In this document: positions 1 to 12,632 of the stretch, one piece after another | Layout: each line of letters begins with the position of its first letter | How positions within the stretch are numbered: the stretch's first letter is position 1 | Assembly: GCF_004010195.1 (NCBI RefSeq) | Contig: NC_057714.1 | Coordinates: 61,981,914 to 62,045,913 of the forward strand | Source of the DNA: Chiloscyllium plagiosum | Taxonomy: Eukaryota | DNA: 64,000 nt | Direction: 5' to 3' | The notes under the pieces: model-generated | Told to the model about the DNA's origin: nothing | Seen by the model: only the letters and a program-made list of their open reading frames with translations | The model's database searches: none | Program-made: the position numbers and the translations under genes

Positions 1-187
1 TTTAGCATGGCCAATTCACCTGACCTGCACATCTTTGGATTGTGGGAGGAAACCCAGGCCACCAGAAGAAACCCGCACAGACATGGGGAGAATATGCAAA
101 CTCCACACAGACAGTCACCCGAGGCGGGATTCAAATCCCGGTCCCTGGTGCTGTGAGGCAGAAGTGCCAACCACTGAGCCACCATGC
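1..187 (-). mobile_element. HE1-type tRNA-derived SINE (5' part, cut by window edge)
   Basis: Reverse complement has the tRNA-like head (GGTGGCTCAGTGGTTGGCAC, GGGATTTGAATCCC) and a body matching the copies at 20242, 57205 and 59772. Confidence 0.8.
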
Positions 188-1060
188 TCAGTGGTTAGGA
201 AGAAGTTTCTCCCTATCTCTGTTGTAATAGGTCTTCCCTTTACTCTAAGGATGTGCCTTCAGGTCTTAGTCTCTCCTACCAATGGAAACATTTTCGCAAC
301 ATCAATTCTGTCCAGACTATTCAGTATTCTGTAAGTTTCAATTAGATTCCCTCTCATCTTTCTAAACTCCATTGAGTATAGACCCAGAGTCCTCAAACTT
401 TAGTCATGTGTTAAGCATTTTATTCCTAGGACCATTCGCGTGAACATCCTATGAACACGCTCCAGGGCCAGTACATCCTTCATGAGATATGGGGCCCAAA
501 ACTGCACAGAATACTCCAAATGTGGTCTGACGAGAGCCTTATAGAGCCCCAGAAGTCCATCCCTATTTTTATATTCAAGTCCTCTCAAAATAAATTGCAA
601 CATTCCTAACTATTGACTCAACCTGCAAGTTTACCTTGAAAGAATTCTGGACTGGAAATCTCAAGTTTCTTTGGAATTCAGATTGCAAAATTTTCATCGC
701 ATTTAGAAAATAGTCCATGTTTCTATTCTTCCTACCAAAGTGCATGACCTCACACTTACCCATGCTGTACCCCACCTGCCACTTCTTTGCCCATTCTCTT
801 AAACTGTTCAAATCCTTCTGCAGCCTCCCCACCTCCTCTATACTACCTGACCCTCTACCTATCTTTGTGTCATCTGCAAACTTAGACAGAATGCCCTAAG
901 TTCCTTCATCTAGATCATTAATGTATAAAAGTGAAAAGTTGTAGTTCCAACAGTGACCCTTGCAGAATGCCACTTGTCACCAGCTGCCATCTGAAGAAAG
1001 ACTCTTTTATCCTCAGTCAAGCTTCTGTCCAGGCTAGCACCTTGCCTCTAACACCACAGA
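188..1060 (-). mobile_element. CR1/HER1-type LINE, degenerate RT C-terminal fragment
   Basis: ORFs with LQKDLNSLREWAKKWQ, KCEVMHFG and LYKALVRPHLEYSVQFWAP, typical of CR1 ORF2. Confidence 0.85.
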
Positions 1061-2814
1061 CCATCATTGAATGGCAGAGCAGACTTGAAGGGCTGAATGA
1101 CCTGGTAGGAAGATTTTCCCAAGGCAGTCTTAGTGACAGCAGTTCATCCTGGATCAAATATGACACTAAAGTTGTGAACAAATTGGTTTGGTTTCAAACA
1201 GCTACCAGGAGAGGGGTGGTAACGGGAACATAGTTTGCAGTAGGGACAAAAAGCAATAGCTTCAATATTTCAAATATTTAATTGAAGGACATTTCTGGTC
1301 ATCTAAGAGTAGATGTCAGTCAAGCAACTATGGAGGGAGTTGAGCAAAATGATTTTGATGTAGATCTAGGTGTCATCAGTGTACATGTGAAAACTAAAAT
1401 ACTTTTTAGCTGATGATCTGGACATCATGTAGTTGGAAATTAGGTCGGAAAATCTTTAAGGTACTCCAAAAGTAACAGTGTGGGAATAGTGACTGGCCTT
1501 CCCCACCTGGAGACCAGCTGACACCTTTAAGTGACTTCTTTAGGACCTTATCCCAACAACGCAGGAATTCAACCAGCAGTTTCCCACCACATCAGGAAAC
1601 CAACAGCGAAACCCTGGTTGGAGAGCAGTCCCTTCTTATCCAACACCCACAATCCCAAAGGAGGGAAGCACCTTTCTCAAGAGAGGGGCTGACAAAAGCC
1701 ACTGTGGGCCCTTTTCATCAATTCACCTTCGCTGATCACTCCCATGTCCTTTCTGGGGCATGACTAACTGTCTGCTGATGATGCAGCTCCACTTACCTGT
1801 ATTCTAGGGTTCCAGCTGGACCTCAATTCAGTACCTTCAGTGTCCACTGCTCTGAGGGGGCGCAGCCAGCCTCTCGATGGCCAGCAAATCTCCGTGGTCA
1901 GCTATCTGCCTTGAAGGAGAAAATAATTTGGGAAATTTCCCCAGTAGAAGCCAGGACCCCTGCTGATGTCCAGGAGGGTGCCTGATTCGAACTTAATTCT
2001 TTTGGTTTCTGACAAAAGGCTGTGGTCAGATTACCAGAAGTCTTCCAGTTGGTAGAGGAACCCACTGCTACAACCCTTCAATTGTGCCAATGACTAAATG
2101 CTGTTTGCTATGATTCTACGATTACTAAGCTATTACTTTACAACCATGTGTAAATCATTTGCTTTCAAAAAAACCTAAATTACTTAATTTGTGTGGATCC
2201 TGAGGTTGCTAGTGCAAATGCTAATATCTGAACTTTATAGGGTGGTTTGACAAATCACAGTTAGACATTGTCTGTGTAATCAACATCATCCAATTCCACA
2301 TTGAACAATTAAAATGAAAGAGTTAAAGATTTATTTCATGTGCTTAATGAATATTCTTGTCTAAATGTCAATTAAATGTTTTTATATGGGGATATGTTAA
2401 TTCACTTCCAATCAGTGAGCGGTTACTATCAATGTTTTTCTAACTTATGTTAAATACATTATCTAAATTATATTTTTGTCTTCCCAATTGCATAAACCTA
2501 TCTAAATAGGTTAATTCAAGATAACATGACAATGAGAGACTGTAAGCACTAATAACAGACCTGAATTGAGAAACTAGGTTTCTCAGATAGGAAGGAAAGA
2601 AAGAAATAATGGAGCATGATGGAGTAGGGGAGCAGGATAAAATTTTAACTACTTTCATAAACTGAACTGGAATGGTACAATTATTGTAGTGCAATCATTT
2701 AGAAAGAGATTGATAGATTAGAAGATATGAATATATTACAACAAACAGTATAAAATTAAACCACCTGCAAATTTATTTATACCTTGGAACATAATGCATT
2801 GAATTGAGCAATTT

Positions 2815-3172
2815 TTTTAAATTCATTAATGGGATGAGCACATCACTGGTTGGGCCAGCATTTATTGTCCATCCCTAATTGCCCAGAGGGCAGTTAAGAG
2901 TGAACCACATTGTTGTGGGTCTGGAGTCACACATAGGCTAGACCAGTTAAGGATGGCAGTTTCCTTCCCTAAAGGACATCAGTGAACCAGATGGGTTTTT
3001 AACCAACAATGGACAATGGTTCATGGCCATCATTCAACTCTTTAATTCCAGATATTTATTGAATTCAAATTCCACCATCTGCCATGGTGGGATTCAAACC
3101 CAGGTTCCCAGAATGATATCCGGGTTTCTGGATTAACAGTCCAGCCATAATACCACTAGGCCATAGTCTCCT
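2815..3172 (-). mobile_element. tRNA-derived SINE sharing its 3' tail with the LINE family at 25360 and 53330
   Basis: Minus strand has A-box-like TGGCCTAGTGGT and B-box GGGTTTGAATCCC; tail GGGATG...CACTGG...CAGCATT...CCCAT...TAAT matches 25360-25430; second copy at 60523-60845. Confidence 0.6.
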
Positions 3173-4821
3173 CTTAATTTCAATGAATCAAACTGCTTAG
3201 TGACTAGGGCAGCAAGTAGCAACATATAACCATCAGTTAAAAACAAACCCCAAGATATAAAATACAGACATGTTTGTCTATTATGACAGTTTAAAAACAG
3301 AACACGCTGCCTTTGCTTCGCCTCTTTTATTGTACATTGGCCACAAATATTGCTGTGACAATTCCAAGACAATGCAGCATTTATGAAACAAACAACCAGT
3401 GTACAGAAATACACTAATTAACTGGTTTGCAACTTGTGTTGATGCTGTTCTTAAATCTAACAGGAATATACAAAGTTATTCTGAAAATCCATTGATATCT
3501 ATTGAATGTACAATCCAATATAATCATTAACCATCATATAGATAAAAGAGGATAGTTAAGTCAGGATATTTTAAGTATCCAAATCATTGTCAAACTTATC
3601 TTCATATGAATTAATTTTGCTTGCATATGCCCCTTGAAGCCTTTCATTTCTGCCAAGTCCCAAATTCACAACTTTGCCAGTGAAATAGGATTGAAGGATT
3701 CGGAAAAACTGTTTCAAATAGGAAAGAAAACAATATATTTAAGCAGACAATTAAATCTGGATAGTGCACAATCTGTTCAAAGGTTTAATTTTTGGTAATT
3801 AGAATTCTTGAAGGTTGCACACAAGTTCCTGATGAAAATTAATAATCTTAAAATCATCTTTTCAACTGAAACTTCACTCAGTTAGTCATCAAAAATATGA
3901 TTGTTTTTAGAATCCTGGAAATCATGTGCTGTTCCGTACAGACATAATGATTAATTAGTCCAATCATAGAAATAGCTTATCACTTTTTTTACGAATTTGC
4001 TTAGTGTTTATCATTTTTAACATGATTTTAAACCAAAATCATAATATTCCATCCAGCAAACGTCATTCTCAATAAAAGAATATCATGTTCCTCACTTTAA
4101 ATATGGAATGTATTCAGTATAGATTTTTTCGGATCATCTGTCTCTTAAAAATGGATAAAAAAGATTTCTGAAATGGCTAATGGTTTCTGCAATTTTTGAC
4201 CAGACTACCTTAAGGTTTTGAAAAGTCCCTAATTGGATGACTGTGGGTTGGATGCCTCCTTTAATGGGCATACCAAAATAAAAATCATCTGGAGAATTCA
4301 AATGGTTTGTGCATTTACTTACTGTCTATAAGCTTGGAAATTAATAATGAGTGTTGTACAGAAACCAGAGAATTCATTACCAGGTGTGTATGGCCACCAT
4401 CCCTTCTTCATTGTATAGCAATGACATCAAGGGTTAAATCATCCTGGTTGTGCAATTGAAGTATTGATCCAGTGACTGGAATTTACGATGGACAACAAAT
4501 CTTGCTACCCCAAAAACTGGATTAAAACCATCAGTCTGGAAACCAACAGGATGTAATGGACCATTCTAGCAAAATCTCGTTATTCCAAGGAGTGAAAAGG
4601 GAACAATCCATTGTCACTTGCAATGATTTGCCTCTACAGAAAATCGATATCTTTTGTGAATCCAAAGACTTCACACTACAATTCATCTCCAAAGAAACAT
4701 GAGAATCAGGCCTACAACACATGAAGTTTAAAGAACTGAAATTTGAGTACGAGTTACTTATTGTATTTCTGCTAAAAGCCTAAACGCATACTTTGTCACT
4801 TTGAATAAGCATCTTTTTTTT

Positions 4822-4938
4822 AATAGAATCTCTACAGTGTGGAAACAGGCCATTTGCTCCAACAAGTCCACACCGACCCTCTGAAGAGTAACCCACCCAG
4901 ACCTATTCCCCTACCCAATCACTCTACATTTGCCCCTA
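4822..4938 (-). mobile_element. HE1-type SINE 3' fragment
   Basis: ACAGTGTGGAAACAGGCC...CAACAAGTCCACACCGACCCTCTGAAGAGTAACCCACCCAGACC is the reverse complement of the SINE tail. Confidence 0.7.
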
Positions 4939-5500
4939 AAGTTAGCAGAAAGCCTGTTTGGATTCTTTTGAAATCACGATGCTAAAAGAGTTTAAAACAC
5001 TACCTCTCAGGCATATTTCATTGCAGACTATTGATAGGTTAGGACAAAGAGGGCAATCCCACCATCTCTCTCCCTGTTCGCAACCTTTGTCAGCATTGAT
5101 CTCCCAACCTGTCTCCATAAGCCTGGTAAAATTCAGCATTCAATCGTGCATTTATTTGGTTAAATTGGCAAAAAATTAGACTCTTGTTTTTCTGAGTAAG
5201 GAGATGTTGGTCAAAATGAAATAGAATTACAATAACCAGTTCACTTGTATTATTAGAGGAAGATCATTGTCAGCTTGTTGATGCAACAGTATGATGTGCA
5301 ATGGCAAGTATCAAACATATTTCTACCGCACAATGTAACAAATTTTAATATGTCATGGCATATGTTGCATTTTGGCTAACAAAAGAAAGAATATTGGAGT
5401 CAATGATTCACTTATTTCATGAATCTGGTGATTTATTAAACATCTAGCCTTAGAAAATCAACTGCTCTCCAGTTCTTGTTAAACCTCCACTTTGTGATAA

Positions 5501-5692
5501 AACATAGAAGAATACAGCGCAGTACAGGCCCTTTGGCCCACGATGTTGCGCCGATCCAAGCCCACCTAACCTACACTAGCCCACTATCCTCCATATGCCT
5601 ATCCAATGCCAGCTTAAATGCCCATAAAGAGGGAGAGTCCACCACTGCTACTGGCAGGGCATTCCATGAACTCACGATTCGCTGAGTAAAGA
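5501..5692 (-). mobile_element. Young CR1 LINE 3' end
   Basis: Near-identical to 28774-28955 and to the reverse complement of 63443-63624; AACATAG tail. Confidence 0.8.
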
Positions 5693-6315
5693 GAATGTTT
5701 ATTGTATTCTTATTATTGAAGGCTTCACAAGCACAACTAAACAGAATTTAGAATTCCACTTTTAAATATTGAAATTTGCTGGAGTGCAGATCAACTTTTT
5801 TTTCGGAATTTCTTCCATTAATGAGGGAATATGAAGAATTAAGTTGGTTCCTAAAACTAACACTACTATCCTCAATTGTAATATTGTTTGTAAATTTCTT
5901 TTCTCTTTTAACCTTAATCCAATGAAAACTCTTTTGAGTAAAGTTAGATTTCCATCCAGACACTTCAGGGCTGCATGTTACTTACCAGGTCCCTGTTTTG
6001 TTGTTTTTCTAAGGATTTCCACCCACTCTCAGTGATGATCATCTCAGCAGTCACACATACCAGTAGCAAGATGGGGGCGAATATCATAAGGAAATTAATA
6101 TTATTCATCCTAAAGCACAAGAAATAACTTTACAAAGATAAATGTGTAGAATTTACAGCACCAAAAGTGGCCTTTCGGCCATATGATCTATGCTGTTCTG
6201 TGGTTACGCTCAACATCAGTCTCCTCCTTCCACATTTCATCCCAATCCGATCAGTTGCTGTTTTCTCCTGCCCCTCATGCGCTTAATAGGTTATTAGTGA
6301 CAACATTATCTTTAT

Positions 6316-6528
6316 GAGTGTACAAAGTTAAAAGTCACATAACACCAGTTTATAGTCCAAGAGGTTTATTTGGAAGCAGTAGCTTTCGGAGCACAGCTCC
6401 TTCATCAGGTGGTTGAAGGCACAGCGCTCCGAAAGCTTGTGCTTCCAAATAAAATTGTTAGACTATACCCTGGTGTTGCGTGATTTTTAACTTTGTACAC
6501 TGCAGTCAAACACCGGCACTTCCAAATC
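6316..6528. mobile_element. Palindromic Penelope-like element (pLTR) fragment with hammerhead core
   Basis: Inverted arms GTACAAAGTTAAAA...TTTTTAACTTTGTAC; flanking direct repeat ATCTTTAT (6308-6315, 6529-6536). Confidence 0.7.
6380..6408 (-). ncRNA. Minimal hammerhead ribozyme motif
   Basis: Minus strand CUGAUGA-A-GGAGC-UGU-GCUCC-GAAA-GC-UA: conserved core and a perfect stem II. Confidence 0.6.
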
Positions 6529-9273
6529 ATCTTTATTGGTTTGAGCTTTTGACCTACTCTCAAGTAGAAACTTCTCCTTCACCTCTACTCTATTTAAATT
6601 TAGTAACAGTAAAGACCTGTAGAGAATAGGACCCCAACCTGTTTAGTCTTTCCTGATAATGCTGAAAAATGTTTTAAAGAGAATACTGAGACTGAGTGTA
6701 TGAATGAATTGCACAGTTCAAGCATAAACATGGCTGACTGAATGGCAACTTCTTGTGGATAATACTGCTCCTAATCTAACCACAATGCTTCACACCTAGT
6801 ATCAAAAGTAATAACCCCAACTATTTAATGGGTTTACACATCAAGATAAACCACTAGCCTACAGTAAAGGTTAACTCTCCATCGTTGGAGATAACCCTCA
6901 GATGTCACCTGAATCTAACCAGTGATCTAAAAGTCAAGTAGTTTAGTGAAGTGCTGATTGATGATGAGGAATCTGAACTCATTTCTCATCTTCTAACAAC
7001 TCTCTAGAGAAGGGATTCTACTCACCCAAGCAAGCCAATATAGCAAGTCAGCATACAGTAATCTGAAACTGCCTGCTCCCGGTGTCTGGTAAGGAGGGTA
7101 TGTTGAGGTATTGGGCTTGGCATAATAAAACATCTGGGAGACCTCAGTGAACATGATAACCCAGAAAGAGATTAATGAACAAAATATATAATGCTGAACT
7201 TTTTCATTCAGATTGTAGCATGCCAATTGTGGAACAGTAATGTTGTGAATTAAATTTGACTATTAGTAAATTACTCAAATTAATAGCAACACATCCTGGA
7301 CAATATATTCTCAACAAGACTGGGATTATACACATTTACAGATTGATCACATCTACAAGATATAACCACACTGTACTGATAAAGCAGAGAAAGTGAATTG
7401 AAACAATATGAAATGTTTGCCAGATCACAATGCAGCATACAAGTGAACAAATAGGCAATGTCATAAGCAAGTGAATAAACACAAAGTAATAAAAGGTATA
7501 AATATAAATAAATGTTTCATAAGGGTCAATGAAAATATACTTAACATTGCATTTTACATTGAGAAGATGTGCTATTAAAAATATTGATTTTTTGCACAGA
7601 AATATTGATAGAAATAAGATATGCATAAGCAAGAAAGACAGTTGTAATATAAAGATAATGGCAGCAGATTCCCGGCACTGTTTGTTACCTGTGTAGACGA
7701 TTGAAAGTTGTGTATTACTGAAAGCTCTGCTGCTGCCTCTGATCTTCAATCTATAGAATCTCCCCAATTTATACTCTCTCTCCAACCCACTCCGATCTCT
7801 CAATGAAAGAACGACTTACTGAGCACAGACAATATACAATTTACAGATACCTCGATCAGATAGCATAACACTTTGAAAATCTCAGACTTTTTTCTACCTG
7901 TCTTTGTAGAACATGCTTTATAGAACATGCTGTAGTGTACGTCACTAACTAATTTATGCAAAAGTGACATTGTTAACTGAAGGTATAAATACAAATTAAA
8001 GAATACTGCCATTACAATTTTAAATTATATTAAAATAATGGAAGTCATTAGCTAGCCAGTTTTATAATTGTAATTATGGAACCACTTCCTATGAAAACAT
8101 AGTTATAGTGAAAGAATATTTTATTTAGAGATGAATAAATAAATATTTAAACAACATTTTTTTTAATCAAAGTACGGAAGGTGATCTAATTCAGCAAAAT
8201 CTAAAGTCCTCTGAATTAATGTTCAGAATAAATAATTTTCAAAGTAGCGCATTAATATACTTTTGAACTCAAGTATGAAGAATGTATCTTTTAATGTGAT
8301 GCTCAGCTGGTAGGTTTTGAGATTATTATGCTGTAGATACAATGATCCAGTTGACATTTCATTATGAAGTTATACACAGGATGTTTTGCAGCTGCACTGT
8401 CTGATGGCAGGATATTGGAATAAAAACTGGATAGTTGAGAAGTATCTTGAAACAAGTCTGGAAACAAGAAAGGTTTATTGGGTGTGCTAATCGAACAACA
8501 CGAGCATTATTTTGGTAACTTTATCTGCACAACACCATGAAGGTTATAATTGTGCAGAATATCCTTGCCCTTCCATGTATCCATTAATCTTACCATTTAA
8601 ACCAATCCCTGTGGAAACATAATTTCCAACTCTTACAGATTCAATTGCTATTGATCTGAATCCAGAAGAATTTCCTCATTCAACAATGGCAGAGAATATT
8701 CTGTTTGTCGGGTAAAGTTTCTTCTAAATTAATTTGACAGGAGAATGAAATTGGTTAGGTGATGGAGGATGTTAGCCGACTGTGTTCATTTCACCTTTCC
8801 AAACTGTCAACCTGATGGTCCATTGTAACTTCTATTTGTTTCTGATGAATCCTGTTGCTGGCCTCAGCCACTGCAGCAAGATTTGATGTTACACCTTATG
8901 ATAATAATGAATATCTATTGTTCTGTTTTGTTTATAGCAAAACATACTGAAAAGGTTCTGCTGTACAACTACAAACAATAATAAAAATAGACACAGTTAT
9001 CTTCATCAGCTTGTATACCTGGAACATCACAGTGACTAGAAACTCTACTGAGTAAGCATGGCAAAACTATTAAATAGTGCAGCAAAGTGAACACAAACAG
9101 CTGTTCCATGTGCCGTTCAGGAAATCAAGGTAATATGATGTTTACTACAATACAGTCCAACTTTGTACAATGGATAAGGGATGATGATGAGGTGTTGCAT
9201 CATTCAGGTCATTCTGACCTCAGTTTCCTTCTGGAGTACACATTAGATATTAATTGTTGTGCAATGACTGAGG

Positions 9274-9281
9274 TATAAATA
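9274..9281 (+). promoter_or_regulatory. TATA box of BTD copy 1
   Basis: TATAAATA about 80 bp upstream of the ATG at 9359. Confidence 0.5.
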
Positions 9282-9358
9282 GTAATAGAGTCAAATATCC
9301 AGACAAACTTTGATTGCAGTGCTGCTACTTAACTGTTGCACTGAAACATCATTTAGTT

Positions 9359-9571
9359 ATGGAGACATTTTTCTTGAGAGGGTTGCTGTTGTGTTGGCAA
9401 TGCTTTGTAATCCCAGTGTGGGGACTGGATTTTTACACTGTGGCAGTCTTTGAACACCCATCATACCTTCAGATAAACGTATCTATCGTTTCTACACGTT
9501 CAGAGGCACTGAATAGAATGAGGGAATTCCTGAATATCTACCAAGAGCAAGTCCATGCTGCAAGTAAACAG
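9359..9571 (+). CDS. BTD: Biotinidase-like copy 1, first coding exon (signal peptide and N-terminus)
   Basis: METFFLRGLLLCWQCFVIPVWG signal peptide, then YTVAVFEH (BTD/vanin AAVYEH motif); CAG|GTAAAA donor, 213 bp, phase 0. Confidence 0.9.
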
Positions 9572-9952
9572 GTAAAACAACTGATTTATCTAAACTAATC
9601 CAACCTTCCTGCACTTGGCCAATAGCCTTGATTGTTATGACACTTCAACAGCGCGTCCAAATACTTTTTAAAAGTGTGAGGTTTCTGGCCTCAACCACCC
9701 TCCAGGCAGTGCATTCCAGATTCCCACCTTCCTCTGAGTGAAAACATTTTTCGTAAAGCCCCCTAAACCTCCTGCCCTTCTCCTTAAAGTTATACCTCCA
9801 CATTATAGCTAAACTGCTCCATCCCAGGTGACACCCTGGCTATCTTACCTGCCAATCTTTGTGACCATTCACCTGGCCCTGACCTATTTTCAACCCTGAG
9901 GTTAGTCCACTTCCATTTGGATGTTTTATATCTGAATTTGCTTTTTGCTTTT

Positions 9953-10003
9953 CTAATTGTGGTCATACTAATTGTGGTCATACTAATTGTGGTCATACTA
10001 ATT
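9953..10003 (+). repeat. 15-bp tandem repeat (CTAATTGTGGTCATA x3.4)
   Basis: Read directly; just upstream of the exon 2 acceptor. Confidence 0.9.
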
Positions 10004-10026
10004 TTTATTTATGATCTATATTGCAG

Positions 10027-10176
10027 GGAGTTAAGATAATTGTATTTCCAGAGAAAGGTATCCATGGCTTTCATTTCAGCAGACCTGCTCTTTTTCCCTA
10101 TTTGGAGCCTATTCCAGATCCTAATGTTGTTCAATGGAATCCCTGCCTGCATCCAACTGCATATAATGATACAGAG
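10027..10176 (+). CDS. BTD: Biotinidase-like copy 1, second coding exon (catalytic Glu motif)
   Basis: TTGCAG| acceptor and GAG|GTAGGA donor; 150 bp; GVKIIVFPEKGIHG...WNPCLHP...NDTE. Confidence 0.93.
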
Positions 10177-10447
10177 GTAGGAGCGAGACAATGTTTGAAT
10201 TTGTTTATTTGTTTTTACATTTTAAGAATGTTTGTAACTTTTTGTGGAACTTTCAGTTATAACCATTTAGACAACACTGATTCTATTTTATACAGAATGC
10301 TTTACAAAAAGATTGACAGCCATTGTTTGGAATCCAAAATTAATTTTACGTGATAAATTTCTCTACAATTTAAAGCATTGTGTCTATGGAACTAGATTTG
10401 TATCACTATTAACATCTGAATTTTGAAAATGGTGCTGATTTTGACAA

Positions 10448-10588
10448 AGTTAGAAGTCAGGTAGCTGCCTGATGAAGGAGCAGTGTTCCAAAAGCTAGTG
10501 CTTCCAAATAAACGTGTTGGACTATAACCTGGTGTTGTGTGATTTTTAACTTCGTCCACCCCAGTCCAATACCAGCACCTTCACATCA
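10448..10588 (+). mobile_element. Penelope-like pLTR fragment in intron 2 of copy 1
   Basis: CTGATGAAGGAGC...AAAGCTAGTGCTTCCAAATAAAC family; flanking repeat TGATTTTGACAA (10436-10447, 10589-10600). Confidence 0.7.
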
Positions 10589-10609
10589 TGATTTTGACAA
10601 GTTAATGCT

Positions 10610-10794
10610 GTTGAATCATACTCCTGATATGGAGACATCTGATAAGGAGTGTGAATTGGGGATTGGGTTGTAATCCCTCCACCGATTTTCACCCATTTCT
10701 TAGTTGAATCATCTCCTGATATGGAGACATCTGATAAGGAGTGTGAATTGGGGATTGGGTTGTAATCCCTCCACCGATTTTCACCCATTTCTTA
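10610..10794 (+). repeat. Near-perfect tandem duplication of about 93 bp
   Basis: 10610-10702 and 10703-10794 are identical except for a 1-nt indel. Confidence 0.9.
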
Positions 10795-11468
10795 CTGGAC
10801 AGAAACCCATCACAGAAAATCCAATATGCACTCACAGCAGGTGAAGCTTTTTGCTGAATGTAATTTTGTAAGAATATCTCAAATATTTTATCAATTAAGG
10901 GAAGAGCACTGTGTTAAGGACATTGCCCTATGAAAGGTCTTTCAGACAAATGAAGCAATGATCAACCTTGAATAAAATTAAACATTCCCCAGCTGTTTCA
11001 TATTTAGACTGACAATTCTCTATTCTTCCTTTCCTCAGGGATCTACCTTCTATTTATTATAAAGTTCTTTTAATAACAACTCATGGAGAGAATAATTCAC
11101 CATTGGCTGAATCTCATGTTCTATTTAGCAAAGTGAGAATTCTGTTGAGACTTTTTGCAGGTTATTTTACCACATGTCTTCCTTGAAAATTGCTTCACCG
11201 CTTATAAAAATCATGAAGAACTGTGCAAAATGCTTCCATTGGAGTGTACCTTTGTTGGACTTGTTGTCTGATTCTGCTACATATCTCACTCATGTGCCCA
11301 TGTCACTCATACCCCAATAAGGTTCCAACCAACAATACATTAAATAAACCACTGCATTAAGATACCCTTTGGGAGTGAGGAAATTGTTTTGCAGAGAAAT
11401 GTATAAATGATCAGTTGTACTTTAATTATGTTAAAATGTAATGACTTTTCATGTCTGGTCTATTGTAG

Positions 11469-12632
11469 GTGCTTCATCAGCTGAGCTGTATGGCAAGGAA
11501 TGGCAGTATGTACTTGGTTGCAAACATGGGAGAGAGACAAACCTGTGAGCAAAGCGATCCCAAATGTCCACCCGATGGAAGATATCACTTTAACACAAAT
11601 GTGGTTTTTGATGCTGAAGGCACTCTCATTGCAAAATACCAGAAATGGAACCTTTACTTTGAATATGCTTATGACACACCCAAAACAGTGCAACACGTCA
11701 TCTTTAATACATCATTTGCTGGAAGATTTGGCATCTTTACTGGCTTTGATATATTGTTCTATGAGCCAGCAGTAAGTTTAATTGAGAATTATGGTGTAAA
11801 ACAAATTGTATTCCCTACAGCCTGGATGAACCAGTTGCCCCTCTTATCTGCCGTACAGTTTCATCAAGCATTTGCTACTGCATTTGGGATCAATCTTTTT
11901 GCAGCCAATCAGCATCATCCGGAATACAATATGACAGGAAGTGGTATCTACACCCCATTAGATTTCCCCTATTATTACAACTCCGAGAGCAGTGAAGGTA
12001 AACTTCTTGTAGCCGAGGTCCCTATAATCACATCCCGTCAAAATCACAGCCTACAACCTGAGGTGACGGCAGCGCTTCTTGAAGGGGACAATTATTTTGA
12101 AGCTTTTGTCCTTCAGAAGAAGGGAGAAAAGCAGGAACAAATTGGCCCAATGGAAAGAAATGATCCTGGTGATATTTTTCATAATATCATGATGTATGAT
12201 AATTACACATTTATCTCTTTGACAGGTTTAAAAGGTAATCTGCACATCTGTTCCAACAACCTCTGTTGCCATGTAGTCTACAAACGTAGCAATTATACAG
12301 ACGGTAATCTGTATGTATTAGGAGCCCATGATGGGCTTCACACAAGGCTTGGCACTTATTACACACAAGTGTGTACCTTGGTGAAGTGTGCAGGCTCCAG
12401 TTATGACACGTGTGGACAAAGTGTTACAACTGCCTCTGATATCATAGACTTTGGATTATGGGGGAATTTCAGCACAACCCATATTTATCCAGAAATATTG
12501 GCGGATAAGATGAAAATTTATCCTGCCGATACCAGAGGATGGGCTAACAGTAATTATTATATGATCAAGAAGGGGATGTCAGCAGGTCTTGTCACTGCAG
12601 CACTCTATGGAAGGTGGTATGAGAAAGATTAG
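11469..12632 (+). CDS. BTD: Biotinidase-like copy 1, large terminal exon (nitrilase domain C-half plus Vanin_C domain); catalytic Cys replaced by Gly
   Basis: TTGTAG| acceptor; CPPDGRYHFNTNVVF, YQKWNLYFE, GRFGIFTGFDILF, FPTAWMNQLPLL, MTGSGIY; ends ALYGRWYEKD* like BTD, with no vanin GPI tail. Confidence 0.95.
   Translation: MLHQLSCMARNGSMYLVANMGERQTCEQSDPKCPPDGRYHFNTNVVFDAEGTLIAKYQKWNLYFEYAYDTPKTVQHVIFNTSFAGRFGIFTGFDILFYEPAVSLIENYGVKQIVFPTAWMNQLPLLSAVQFHQAFATAFGINLFAANQHHPEYNMTGSGIYTPLDFPYYYNSESSEGKLLVAEVPIITSRQNHSLQPEVTAALLEGDNYFEAFVLQKKGEKQEQIGPMERNDPGDIFHNIMMYDNYTFISLTGLKGNLHICSNNLCCHVVYKRSNYTDGNLYVLGAHDGLHTRLGTYYTQVCTLVKCAGSSYDTCGQSVTTASDIIDFGLWGNFSTTHIYPEILADKMKIYPADTRGWANSNYYMIKKGMSAGLVTAALYGRWYEKD

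Noticed and set aside
4370-4420. PGVYGHHPFF, resembling a GH31 glucosidase motif
   Set aside because: Immediately followed by a stop, with no splice context or supporting exons; likely chance.
7336-8012. Minus-strand hydrophobic ORFs of 155 and 70 aa
   Set aside because: AT-rich, low-complexity composition, non-ATG starts and no recognisable motifs.
9359-12632. Calling the gene a vanin (VNN)
   Set aside because: A 150-bp middle exon, one large terminal exon and the C-terminus LYGRWYEKD* without a hydrophobic GPI signal match BTD.
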